DNA of 63,047 nt, counting the filler, from Dicyema japonicum (lineage: Eukaryota; Animalia; Dicyemida): the NCBI GenBank assembly GCA_011109175.1. It is 5 parts of 5 records of this genome, joined end to end, with 100 filler letters (N's around TTAATTAATTAA, not from the genome) between each part and the next. Parts side by side here need not be neighbours in the genome. Positions count along the whole stretch, not along the records: positions 17,075 to 32,010 come from RDEW01000111.1; positions 32,111 to 48,227 come from RDEW01000143.1; 3 more parts are not named here. One strand, written 5' to 3'. Under the pieces are notes generated by a model. It had not been told where the DNA came from. It worked only from the letters and a program-made list of their open reading frames with translations, and made no database searches. Of the stretch, positions 22,040 through 33,595 are shown in pieces. The position numbers were made by a program, and so were the translations under genes. The stretch's first letter is position 1; every line of letters starts with the position of its first letter.

Positions 22040-22300
22040 CGTCACTCATGATATTCAAAAATGAGGAAACCATTCACAGATAGTAAATACATCAAATCCT
22101 GTTTTCTAAATTTGTCACAACAACTACTCAAATTTTTATGAATAAAATAAAGCCTTTAAATCAAATTAAAATTTCACCGCTATCTGGAAAAACAATTTCG
22201 AGTAGAATTAATAAGATGGCTTGCCATGTGACGATGCAGCAAGTTGATGACTTTAAAATAGCTTCTGCAATTTCGATCAGAGTAGCTGAGTCATTGACCT
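22040..22300 (+). mobile_element. Buster/SPIN-type hAT transposase remnant
   Basis: KPFTDSKYIKSC...SPLSGKTISSRINKMA. Confidence 0.55.
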
Positions 22301-22856
22301 AAGGATCGACTCATTACAATAAAATAGTATTGATTAAAAACAATACCTACTTCTTTTCTGGAGGTCTGCCTTTTGATACAGTTCATCTTCAAGCTACTCG
22401 CTGTCGAAATTTATGGATTTTTGGCTGATAATATATTAAAAAAAGAGGGTCAACCGAAAAGAGGGATGATTGATTGAGAGCATTTCCATACAAAATCCTA
22501 AGCGGAAACTGGCTTTCAATCATGATAGTTAAATATTTATTTAAAACTTTAAAAATTTATCTTTGATATATTTGATTATTTTTATTTTAGACGTCTCAGT
22601 TTTGTTGAAATCCTTTCCAAGGATTATCTCTTTGTTTCACTCGGCGCTGAGACGTCTAGTTTTCTTGCGTCTATAACGCTGGAATTCTTGACTCATTATT
22701 AAGGCGATTTTTATTTTGACCTAAAAATTGACTTTATTGACTTTAAAATTCCAAAATTTTGACCTTTTTTTACTTATGATAAATTTATCAAAGATAAATT
22801 GTCCTAAAAATAATACATAATTATTTTAAATTTCATTTAATTACATGTTATAAATT

Positions 22857-25800
22857 TTTTTTTAAACAATAACAATTTATTGAAAAATAAAACCAAATAG
22901 TTAAAGGCTACTGGCTGCTCTCAGGATCGAGAGCGCATTATCCCCTTATGATCTGTAAAGAGATGCGCTCAATGAGCCAGCCCTTCTCTCTACATCCCTC
23001 TCCTTTTAGCGACTAACGATCCAATTTTGTTGAGCAGGGCTAACGACCTGCTTTCTATGACTCCCGAAGTTTCTACTGCGACTGGTTCAAATGTGTACTG
23101 CTCGCCGAGGCATGTGTACTTCTTTGCTTTAAGTATTTCTGCTTTCTCTGCAGCTGAGCCTGGATTTGTCGCACTCATTGTAATATTGGAAGGGGAGAAG
23201 CTATCTACGCAGGTGGCATCCCAGGCCAGGTACTTCCCAGCATCCCACGGGAACAGAGTCGCTCCATCCGGCCTTCTGTTTGCCGTGGCAAGTCCTAGGG
23301 GCTCCATCTGGACAGGGAATCCGGCAGCTTCTAGTCCCCACGCAATAACCTTGTTGATTGCACTATGTCTCAGGCTCCTTCCAGCGCTCCTTCGGCAGGA
23401 AAGTGCGTGGAGTCCTTTCGCGTCGACTATTCCTCCACATCTACAGCGATGGATTGCGCAAACATCGATTCCGAGGCGGACGCAAACCCCAATCCTCGTG
23501 GAGTCATCGTCCAGAAAAGTTCCGAGTGAAATGCACGGGAATGCTTTGAGCCATGCACCCTAACGTTTGTTGATGCGGTAGCCAGACAAGCCAGACGATG
23601 CTGGTCGAGTTGTGGTTTTAGCTCATCGATGGTCCTCGAACATACAAGTTCGTTCCAGTCTCGTTGTTTGTTGAAGTTCTTCGGGAGTCCCAAATTAAGT
23701 CCAATCCAAACATCGTGAGCCATGCATGCCATTGGTTCAGTGTCCGATCCGTTAATGTAGCGTAGGATCTGGTGAACTAGACCACGGGAAGCATATGTCG
23801 AAGACAGAAAGGCTGGGAGGGCGAGTTCAAGTGGCGAGCGTATCCCAATTCCTCCATAACGAAGTGGTAACTTGCATTGGGTCCACCCTGCTTTATCCAG
23901 AGAGATGTTAAGTGTTTCTTCAACAGAGGTCCTCAGCTTCTCATCGATAACTCTCAAGAAATCCATGTCTGTGAAACATGGGGATGTCCGTAGAAAAAAA
24001 GGAGTCGTGGTGTAAGGTGAAAATTCTTGAGGATGAAGAGAGAAATGTGGGAGTCCAAAGCCTTTAGATTGTGCGTGAGCAGCTGTACGGATTCACTCTT
24101 CTCCTCCAGGACAGTTGACATGTCATACAGAGGAGATCCGAGGAAAATCGCCTTTTCTAGTCGGGTGACTTTGATGTCCTGGAGGCAAGTAGAAATGGTC
24201 GTTATTGCGCGTTCAAAGGTGTCCTCTCCACAGGTCACGTTAATAACTTCGCACTTCGATGGATTCGGCTCCAGTCCGAGTGCCGCGAGGGCAGGGATGA
24301 CGCGTTTAACCTCTTCCACAACAATTTCCCAACTCCCCCAATGGTCGCGTCATCAAGGTACCATAAGTTCAAGGAGTTTTGATCGCAGATGATACACAGT
24401 CGATACCCAAAGCAAAGAGTAGAGGGCCAAGTGGGTCTCCTTGTTGGACTCCAGTCTTGGACTTGATGGCGTGTTGTCCGAAGATCAGCGTACACGGGGA
24501 ACCATATGAGAGTCTGACCATCCTGCTGATCTCAGGAATCCTAGAGACACTATCTTCTATGATTCTATCCTTCGGATGCTATTGAATGCATTACGTATGT
24601 CCAGTTTGACTATAATTGAATCCTGCGCGTCAGGAGGGCTGGCAACAAAATTCCGGATTGAATGTATTACTGCTTCACATCCATTAGGTACTCCAACTCC
24701 GAGTTGGACAGGACTAAGTTCGGCACTCAAAGTCTTGCTGGCTGCTCTGGCAGCGATCTTCGACAATAGGCGCCTAAAGACGTTACCAATGGCGATGGGT
24801 CCCGCCGCAAGGCTTCTTGAAGGCTACCAACCTCGAAGCGAAGAGGAGTTCTCGAGCATGCTCCGAGATATCTGCCCGAAGAACGTGGTTCGTAAGAGCA
24901 TTCAATGAGACGATGAGGGAGTCCCCTGTGTCGACGGTTGTTACAGAGGTGAGGTCTTTTATGTGGCTTGGGCGTAGGCCGTCCAGACCGGCGCCGCTGC
25001 TTCCAGGGAATGCACGAATAGCCCATTTAATATCATCAGGGGTGGCATTTAGTTGTGGGACATCCTTTTGAATTTTCGTGTCACGTAGATCAGCTGGTGC
25101 GGGCGGATGTTTCTGGACTAACTGGTCTAAGGTTTCTTTGCTTGGTGAAAGAACCTTGTCGCTGCTGGAGAGTGTACGTAGGGCTCCCCGAATGTCCCCG
25201 ACCATGATCTTCTTGTTTATTTCTCTGCGAAGATCCCTTTTCTTGGTTCTGGATGAAGAGGGTGAGTCAACAGTCGAAATGCTTTCCAGTGTATCCGCCA
25301 GGTTGATACTTTCGTATTTAGAAACGTTCCTTTTGATGATTGACTTGACATTCCGTTCCTTCAGTTCGGTCGGATGTGATCCGAGGACAAGAGGTGCAAA
25401 GCAGAGAAGGCGCATCCAAGCTTCTTGGGTGTTGTCACTGACTGCTTTGGTGATTAGTTTTGAGAGACACGTGGCAGCTGCTAGGCGCACCGACTTTGGG
25501 ATTCTGAGTGGGATAACCCTCTCTGATACAAGCCGGTTCAGGCGGCGTAAACATTCGTCCGTGTTAGATAGGTCCAGGACTGAACCAGAGAGCGGTTCCT
25601 TTTGCCTTGTGGGGTTCCCAAGGCATGTGGGGCATGACCAACTTGGGAGACACTGAGCAGTCCGTCTTGTCAGCTTGTTGCACCCAAGGTGTCCAAAATT
25701 TGGGCAACGGGAACATTGGATACTATATTTCCTCTTGTTTGCCTCTCCACAGATAATGCAGGGGATAGACGTGCGAGAAATATGCTCTTTGGGTTTCGGT

Positions 25801-25888
25801 GTTGGTTTCGGATCCTTTTCCATTGTCATGTTCAATCCAAAAAGTAGAACGGCCAATACACCACAACACCAGGGGAAATACGCTCTAT
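22857..25888 (-). mobile_element. full-length (~3.0 kb) CRE-type RLE non-LTR retrotransposon with N-terminal PHD finger; frameshifted
   Basis: 12-bp TSD ATGTTATAAATT at 22845-22856 and 25889-25900; oligo-A tail; ATG at 25829. C4HC3 PHD (CIIC..CSRC..HLGC..WSCPTC); RT motifs QLGVG..GCEA, GVQQGDPLGPLLF and YLDD; knuckle CRCGGIVDAKGLHALSC; RLE motif RRPDG..WDATCVD..KY..PVAVETSG. Confidence 0.92.
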
Positions 25889-25900
25889 ATGTTATAAATT

Positions 25901-26720
25901 GTTTTTTAAGTGTATTCTCATCTACAGAAAACATTTTTAAACGAACAATTCTTCTAGTTAATTATTGATGAAAATAACATTAACGGGAAAATAATATTAA
26001 ATATATTTGTCGAGACAATTTTTATTCCAGAGACTTTTTACATTGTGAAATCAGCTATAAATTCTGTACATTCAAATTCGAATGTTATAAATCAAACAAA
26101 AAATGTTTCCTATAAATTCTCTTTAAATTTTACAATTTGATTTTATTTATTAGCGATGCGGCTTATATTGTGAAAATACTGAAAAAATGAAAATAATAAA
26201 AATTTTCATATTACTTGTTTTTTTCATTTGCTAAAAAATTGTAAATGAAAAATATGTTAAAATATCCGGCAGCACTTAATAGAAAAAATAAAATTTTCTC
26301 CTTCAAAATTAATAAAGCGCAGAGCTATGTTTGATGAGATTAAATTACCTCCAGATGTAATTATCACAAAAGGGGGGAGTTTATTAGAAGCAGCATTTTA
26401 TTATTTCGAAAACCTCGTTGCAATAAAATACAAAGTAAACAATTTTGAAGACGATGGGAGTATTGTTGCGAGTGTGAAGCAATCAATAATGAATTAAAAT
26501 TTGTTTCATGACTCTTTGAAATTACAAATATCAATGGCTAAAAGCTAATTTAGAAAAAATTGCAAAACTCTCAGTATTCAATCCAAGCAAGTTATGCAGA
26601 TTTTGAAAAGATCAGTTATATTTCGGTAAATGGGGATATTGAAAGGTATTATTATTAAACTCCCGAGAAAACATAAAATTACTTAAGTTTCCTTTGTATT
26701 CCTAATTATCCTCTTCGTCA
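25901..26720 (+). mobile_element. decayed hAT (CGGBP1/DUF659-like) transposase, interrupted upstream by the CRE insertion
   Basis: IDENNINGKIILNIFV, FISDAAY, HITCFFHLL and LPPDVIITKGGSLLEAAFYYFEN motifs. Confidence 0.65.
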
Positions 26721-26789
26721 GCTTCGACCATGATTTTTTGTTNGTGATATCAATAATGGTGGCCTCGTTTATATAGCCAAACAGTATTG

Positions 26790-26880
26790 TAGAGGCATGA
26801 AACCTTCGATCAGAAAGGGTAGGAACGAGATTCGACACGGAATCCAACTGAATTTAGTCCAGCAGTTGTCAAGCTGCGGT
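26790..26880 (-). mobile_element. diverged tRNA-derived SINE remnant
   Basis: gtgtcgaatctcg..gaaggtttcatgcctctac resembles gagttcgaatctcg..gaaggttccacgcatctac of the 44481-44788 copy. Confidence 0.45.
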
Positions 26881-28949
26881 ATTTAGCTCAAGTGAAACAC
26901 ACAAATCGGGATCATCTGACCGCCGTGTATTCTGGCTAATTTGTCGGTGTTTCTTGGTTTTACGTATAAACTTTATATTAATTTATAAGAAGGATGGAGA
27001 TATGAATCTTTCCCAATAATCCAATTTCAAGACAAACCTGGCAACAGTCTACCAAATCCGTTTAAAACAAAAAATTGGAATATCGGTAACCCTAATATCC
27101 CTTCATTTGTTCATTTAATAATTCATTTATAGACACTATTTTATGTTCTGGTGGATTATGTAAATTATTAAACCGCAACAAAAAGTCTTTCCACTTTCAT
27201 TATAAACAAATTATATCAGTTATAGAAGAACGGGAAGCTCCTTTTGAAGAGTATCAAAAAACTGGATTCACTTCAATAAGTTCCCCAATTGTGATGAGGT
27301 AATCAAATAGTTTGAATGTTCCACCAAAAATCCCATCGTTTTCAGAAAAATTTGACATAAAATCAATTGGTTTTTTTTTCCTCTGAGTTGAACTGGATTC
27401 CTCCACTTGAACGATATTGTTTTCCAAATGAATTTACTGGTTTTTTGAAGAAAATTCCGAAATCCGATTTGTAAATTCTTCTGGAGGAGAAGTGACTAGG
27501 GTAGAACTCTTTAAGGTAGGAGAAGACGGAATATTTTCCGTTATTGAGTTGATTTCTTATTATTTTTGAAAAGGAAAGGCAAATCTCACTGCGGATCAGG
27601 CTTATTTTAGCATCAAATTAATGTTGGAAGTATCATCGAAGATCCTGTGATTTTTACCTGCGTGAATAGGGAAGTCGTCAAAAAATATCTTGAGATACGC
27701 ATGAAACCCAGCTTGAGGATACATAATTAAGCTTCGAGGTAAACGTAAAGATTAATGATTATTCTTATGCAAAAGATTATTGGATTCTTTACTTATTTCC
27801 TCTTATTATTATGGATTCTTTGCTTGTTAGATGCTAGGTAAGGAAGAATGTCTGGATTTGTCTGTTATTATTGTTGGCAGTTTTCTCTATAAGTGATGAC
27901 TTACATTAAATGAAATAAATCTATTACTTTTTTCGATTATAATTATTAAATTTTTTCTTTACATTATCCACGTAGCACCAATGACAAACTAAAAATATAT
28001 AAATTTAAATGAATTGTGATCTTGTTGAGCATTTTCTTTCTTTCCTTGAAAATGAAGGTATAATTCAATCATAATTAAATTATAGACCTAAACGTAATTA
28101 TAATCAACTAAACCACATTATCACCAACCTGATAGAAAACCATTCAGATTACAAGTACTTAATAAACTCCTTTTATTCACACAGTGTTCTTATATTTCCA
28201 AAATGAGCTATTGGATTCATCAAATTCTGTCAAATTCCACCGGTTTTACACTCAATGATTTGTCAACCCAACGGATTTTTGTAGTTTAGTACGCATTTAA
28301 GTTCTGCCAGTACCTAATTATAATTACCTGGTTAGAGATTCCAGTCTGCTTGCAAATGTAGGAATAATCGATTACCAAATTCGATGTTTACTGTCCATTC
28401 ATATCAACTCGGCTTCTTTTGTTTTTATCGCGGAATCTTGAACAAGTAGTACTTTAAAGTAAGAAAGTTAGATTTTTGTTGTCAAGCTGAGACTTGTCCC
28501 AGGTTTGGTTGACCACGATTGACTTGATGGCTACGAAAAAGGTGAATGTTTTTGAGGACTATGTAGATAAACTAATTATCTGCGAAATGAACGATTCCCA
28601 ATCACTTTGGTGAGCCAGCTTATTCAAGTAAATAAAATTTTTAATTGTANTGAAAGCACCGCGTGAAGCTTCATTTGCATTATTCTCTAAGAAATGCCAT
28701 TGTGAAGTTTCTCAGCAGCTGTTTGAACCCCATGTATGCTGCCAGCACGTGGTTTGAATGTCTAATTAATGTCTAAATTGATCATCTGATTAGAAAGTCA
28801 GGATAACAACAATTCTACCTTGCAGATAATTACTGAAATGGCTGATGCAGAATTATCTCTGATTAGACTTCTTTTTTATCTTTAATAAACTTGTGTCTAT
28901 CACCAATGATTTTTTACTATTACACAGTTTTTAATATGCAATTTCCCAA

Positions 28950-29300
28950 TATGTGGTTGAAAGGATCTTTTTTGGCTTTAAGGTAATGGTATGGATTATG
29001 AGGGAGTTGTCTTGAGAAGACTTTTATAAATTTAAGCCTCCTAGTCTTGATTTTATCAGAATGAAGAGTGAAACTCATTGACACATCAAAGGACTACAGG
29101 ATTTTCAGGTATTTGTCAAGCATGTGAAGAATTGGTTGACCAAGAGAATAGAAATCCTAAATGTGTAGCAAAAGCTCTTGGAAACAATGTTGAATCCTTT
29201 TCCACTATATAAAAGCAATTTGTCATGTCTGTGTTAACATATGCGAGTGCTATGTGGTCAATGGCCATTTCCCGTACATCAATGAATAAATTTACCAAAA
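28950..29300 (+). mobile_element. degraded LINE RT/thumb remnant
   Basis: HVKNWLTKRIEIL..LYK..VLTYASAMWS across frameshifts. Confidence 0.45.
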
Positions 29301-29859
29301 TCGATGAAACGTAAACAGAATCATCGTATCTATTTCCGAGTCTTGAATTGTCTCTGTCATACTGGAATCCTCTTGAAGATGAATTATGTATTGCAACCAT
29401 AATTAATAGACACGGAGTAACCATTATGATTGGCTCAATCATATGAGATTTAATCAGTTTTATTTGTTACAATTTTATAACATGAACTTTTTTAATAGTT
29501 TGTCAGAATATCCTTTCTAAATAACAATAACGTAATATATTAACATAAATTTAGTTACAAAGATATTTTGAATTACCAGTTCATAGATGGTTAATAGTGT
29601 AATTTCTAACCAAATTCGGTTTGTTAAACAAAAGTTTAGTCTATTTACTTTTCAGTCATGAAAAAGTTATTGCAAAATTTTACCAAAACCAAATGTCCCA
29701 ATACCAGCATACTATAGGACTTCACGAAACGAATTTTTAAATCTTACAAAAAATATGATTTACTTCGATATACCTTATCAGATTAGACCAATATACTTCT
29801 CAGATATGACTTATCAGGAGGTATATCTAATTCCCACCCCATTTATCCATTAAATTTAT

Positions 29860-31610
29860 TATTAGGAAACATGAGTTGTTAATTACTGAATCCAGCGGAT
29901 ATGATCGAGTGGCTGTTACCTCTGACTACTGCCAGGGATATCCTTTGGAAAAGCCACTCGGTTTCCCGACGCTCCCTCGAGGCTTTGGTCAATAGACACC
30001 CAAGTGCTCTAAGGAAAGAGACCGTCTTGGGGCCAAAGACTCCGCTCGTCTCGACGACCACTGGATGTACATGGAAACGGTTTAGGAGGCTGCTGTATTT
30101 CTTTATTTTTGAGTTTTCATATAAACGGGCTGCCTCTCCCGCTTTCATTGCCGACCTCAAAAGTTTCGACTGGAAAAAGCTGTCAGTACAGACAGCATCC
30201 CAAATTAAGCATTTGCCCCGAAAGAAGGGGAAGACAGTAATTCCATCGTGTCGCTTCCCATCATCCCTACTCAAGCCCGTTGGCTCTAGAATAAATGGGT
30301 ATCCCGCCAACTCGAGGGCGCGCTTCACCACTTCATCATTTATAACCTTGTGTCTAGCGAATCGACCTGCGCTTTTTCGACAAGAAAGGGCATGATGTCC
30401 ATAGCAGTCGACCTTCCGGCCGCATCGGCACTCATGGGGTTGACAAACTTTCAATCCAAGTCTGATGGAGACTCCGGTGCGGACCGTTTCATCGTCTAGG
30501 TGAGTTCCCACGTTTCCAATGGGTAGGGCATTGATCCAAGCCCCGCTCCACTCGTATCTTGCAGTAAAAAGACAGGCTCGTCGGTGTTGGTTAGATATTT
30601 TCAAAAGCCTTTAGGAATACCATTAATGCATCGGATTATCTGAAAATACATTTCTGTTGATTAACCTCGTTATAGCCGATAATAGCTGAACACCAGAGTT
30701 CCCCGTATTCTGATCAATTAAGTCTTTTAGGTGTCCTGGACGGAGTCCGTCAAGTCCCCCACTGCTGCTTGGGGTGAATGAGAGGATCTCATCTTTCACG
30801 TCCCCCTCAGAAATAATCAGACTAGGTAATTCTCCAGAGCAAGTAGGGATCTGTTCGTCCACTGGCGAACCAGGATGTCGTTCAACCAGTGCATCGTAGG
30901 AGTGTTCAGTTGGCTCAATTAGAAGGTTATGCTCTTCTAGAGTCCTCACGGCGGCCCGGACTCCACCTTTAGATAGTTTGCGATGTATCGCTCTTCCCAA
31001 TCTTTGTGTTTCTGAGGCATGGTTCTCGTGGTTTGAGGGCTTGAAGGTATATTCTCGGTAGTCACTGAACAAATTTCCAGAAGAAAACAAGCAAATATTT
31101 TCCTTTTCAATAGACGTGAGCGATTCCTGATTTTTCCTCTTCTGACAGGACATACATAGCGTGTATGGTGCAAAGTAGAATAATCGTGTCCAATCCACTG
31201 GTCAGTCGAAGAAATTGCCCTTTTAATACAATCATGTAAACAGTCGGCGGCAGGAACACGGGCAGGTTTTGGAATTTTGATCATTATCCTTCGTGTAGAT
31301 GCCAGGTTGGCAATTGATTCGAAGGTTTTCTGGTAATCTATTGGTATTCGTTCAGGTGAATTAGGTGGAGTCGATGGTGCTTTCGTCCCTGGAAGGAGGC
31401 ATGCCTGGCAACACCAGTTGGTAATGGTGGTAAGGGCTTTTTTGGTCATTCCAACACATGACATGTGAAAAACGACGACAAACGACACAACATATCAGCC
31501 GCCTTTCTTTTGTTAATTTTATTGCAAAATTCACAAAGCTCTTCTCTTTTGTCGATCTTGTGCATATCGCTTCTGGTTACTTTTTCTCAATTACACCACA
31601 CCACCACAAC
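29860..31610 (-). mobile_element. CRE-type element (second subfamily) with internal deletion of the RT core
   Basis: PHD relic (H..CVGMTKK..NWCCQAC), IPKPARVPAA and GLDGLRPGHLKDL, then a jump at ~30650 straight to the post-RT region. Open 241-codon frame covers the knuckle and RLE (LEPTGLSRDDGKRHDG..WDAVCTD..QRISLAVVRGNS). Confidence 0.88.
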
Positions 31611-31782
31611 AGCGATAATTCAAACTTATAAATACTTTTAAAAATTTATTGGGATATTAAAATAAGGAATAAGAATCTAAAAACTAAAATTACTTTATTC
31701 CTATTGATTTTAAAAGCATTCTTTTGGCTATAATATTTTAGCAATATTGTTAGATTTTTGGAGACAGCACATTATAAAAAAT

Positions 31783-31927
31783 TTACTTACCTGGTCGTGA
31801 TTTACTGCTATCATTTAGGCAGTTTATCTATTGGATTGCCGCCTATTGCACTGCAGGTTGCTTTCCAGTACTGACGCTCCATACGGGCAGTCCTACGGCA
31901 TATTTTTTCCGTGTGCTTTTGCCCATC
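31783..31927 (+). ncRNA. RNU1: U1 spliceosomal snRNA (short, divergent, ~145 nt)
   Basis: 5' ACTTACCTG; helix H GTCGT/ACGGC; SL1 GAT..ACTGC/GCAGT..ATC with a 10-nt loop; SL2 TATTGGA/TCCAGTA and CCT/AGG closing loop ATTGCACTGC (U1A site); SL3; U-rich Sm-like tract; terminal hairpin. Confidence 0.9.
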
Positions 31928-32499
31928 TATCATTTTTAATAATAATAAATTTATTTTTAATAAATTGCACCTGGTTTTCCTCGACTGTAGTTTTTGAAAT
32001 ATAGTCTCGGNNNNNNNNNNNNNNNNNNNNNNNNNNNNNNNNNNNNNNNNNNNNTTAATTAATTAANNNNNNNNNNNNNNNNNNNNNNNNNNNNNNNNNN
32101 NNNNNNNNNNAAAAAATCCCTGAAAGCGAATTTAAATGATATAATTAAACACGGTCTGGAAGTTGCTGGTTTCCCATCTCGAACCTGTCGGACTTAAGCG
32201 AAAAAAATGGGAGAAGGCCAGATTGGATGACGATCTTCCCACTTACGAAAGGACGCTCTTTTATGTCTCTTATTTGGGAAGTAACCTTTTCTCGACGAAT
32301 ATGAGTTCCACTACTAACTCTGCTGAAAGGAAAAAGATGGTTAAATAGTATGCATTTAAAAAAAGTTTCCACTTTAACTCAATCGCGTTCTAGGCTTCAA
32401 GGGGTTGGGACTGTCCCGAGAGGTTCTCGCAGAAATATTTTTTCAGACCCGTAAACGTTCGCGAAATTAAAAATTGCTTTAAATAACTAATTAAAAATT

Positions 32500-33595
32500 T
32501 TCCAAATCCCTCTTTATTTAACAAAAAATAAAAAAAAGTAAATATATTTAATAATCAACAACCTTCCTCCCCTGCCTGTTCGCCAGCCTCCTCAGGCAGG
32601 TTCAATTCTGGGTGCTGAAACAACTCCGAGAGTGCCTTGTCCAATTGAACCCTCTGCCCATATGGCATCTCAGGGCTCTGCCTCCTATACTCCAGTGTCA
32701 TGCTTTCTAGGGTCCGCTTTAACACAGTGGACTGTAGATAGGCCTGGAGCTTCCTATCTACCCCCAAGAGCTTCAGATAACCCTTGTGGTACTTTGTTGC
32801 AATTCCTTCCCACGTCATTACTATAGGAATAACGAGGACCTTGCAACCAAGCATCTGCCCCATCTTGTTTGCAAGAAAGTCATACTTCCTTTTTTTCTCC
32901 ACCTCCACACTCTGCAAACGGTCTTGAGACGTGAAGGCAACGTCTATGATAAGGACTTGGCCAGACTTCTTATCGTGTACCACAATGTCCGGTTTATTGT
33001 GCTTGACTAGCACCGAGGTACGGATAACACTGTCTACCTTAATTTGGACCATGGTGTTCTCTACTACAGATTGCACCTTATGAGTTCGCAACTTTCTGGT
33101 GTGGCGAATACCATACTTATTGCATAGTAGAAGATGAAGACTCCTTACTACCTCGTTGTACCTCCACACAGTCGTGGCAGAGCATGGATCCACATCGAGT
33201 AGCTAAATGATCAACCGACATGCTCCATGACTTACAGTGGGGACATGTATTTGTTGATCGACCCCAAAAATATTGCGGTCTTGCATATACGTGTACAGCG
33301 CCTCCGATCGAGGTGAGTTGTCACCGTATTTTAGCCATATTGTCGACGACTTAAGGTCGACATGTGGGTTGTCCAATGCTCTGAAGAGGACCTTATGAAG
33401 GCTTTTTAAGTTGATCTTTTCCATCAAATTATTATATTGTAATTCGATCAACGCCTTCACATTTACTAGCCCACCATCATCAACACCATACTTAGCAGAC
33501 AAAAAAGGTCTGATAGTGCCTAGGTGGGTTGCCCGTGTTTTCTCGGTCGTTATTACTGCTCACATCCGAGTCTAGTCATCAGAATAGCATAGGAC
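32500..33595 (-). mobile_element. 5'-truncated R4/Dong-like RLE non-LTR retrotransposon
   Basis: SSTIWLKYG..SEA..YMQDRNIF, RYNEVVRSLHLLLC, HNKPDIVVHDKK..IIDVA, EKKRKYDFLAN and IPIVMTWEG. Confidence 0.88.

Larger units (their letters stand above)
21003..22789. repeat. ~235-bp inverted repeat pair (21003-21236 / 22557-22789) with a ~1.3-kb spacer
   Basis: Direct reverse-complement match with scattered substitutions; each arm is the hAT right end plus ~140 bp of flank. Confidence 0.9.

Noticed and set aside
23027-25968. Several 85-190 aa plus-strand ORFs (for example 23027-23563, 25078-25656; also 29901-30395)
   Set aside because: Antisense shadows of the GC-richer CRE coding strand
27260-27545. 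Long minus-strand frame with a single TAA, suggesting stop-codon reassignment
   Set aside because: Recognisable genes here use TAA/TAG as stops; more simply a decayed ORF
29116-29442. 108-aa minus-strand ORF
   Set aside because: Overlaps LINE RT-thumb motifs on the plus strand; probably an antisense shadow
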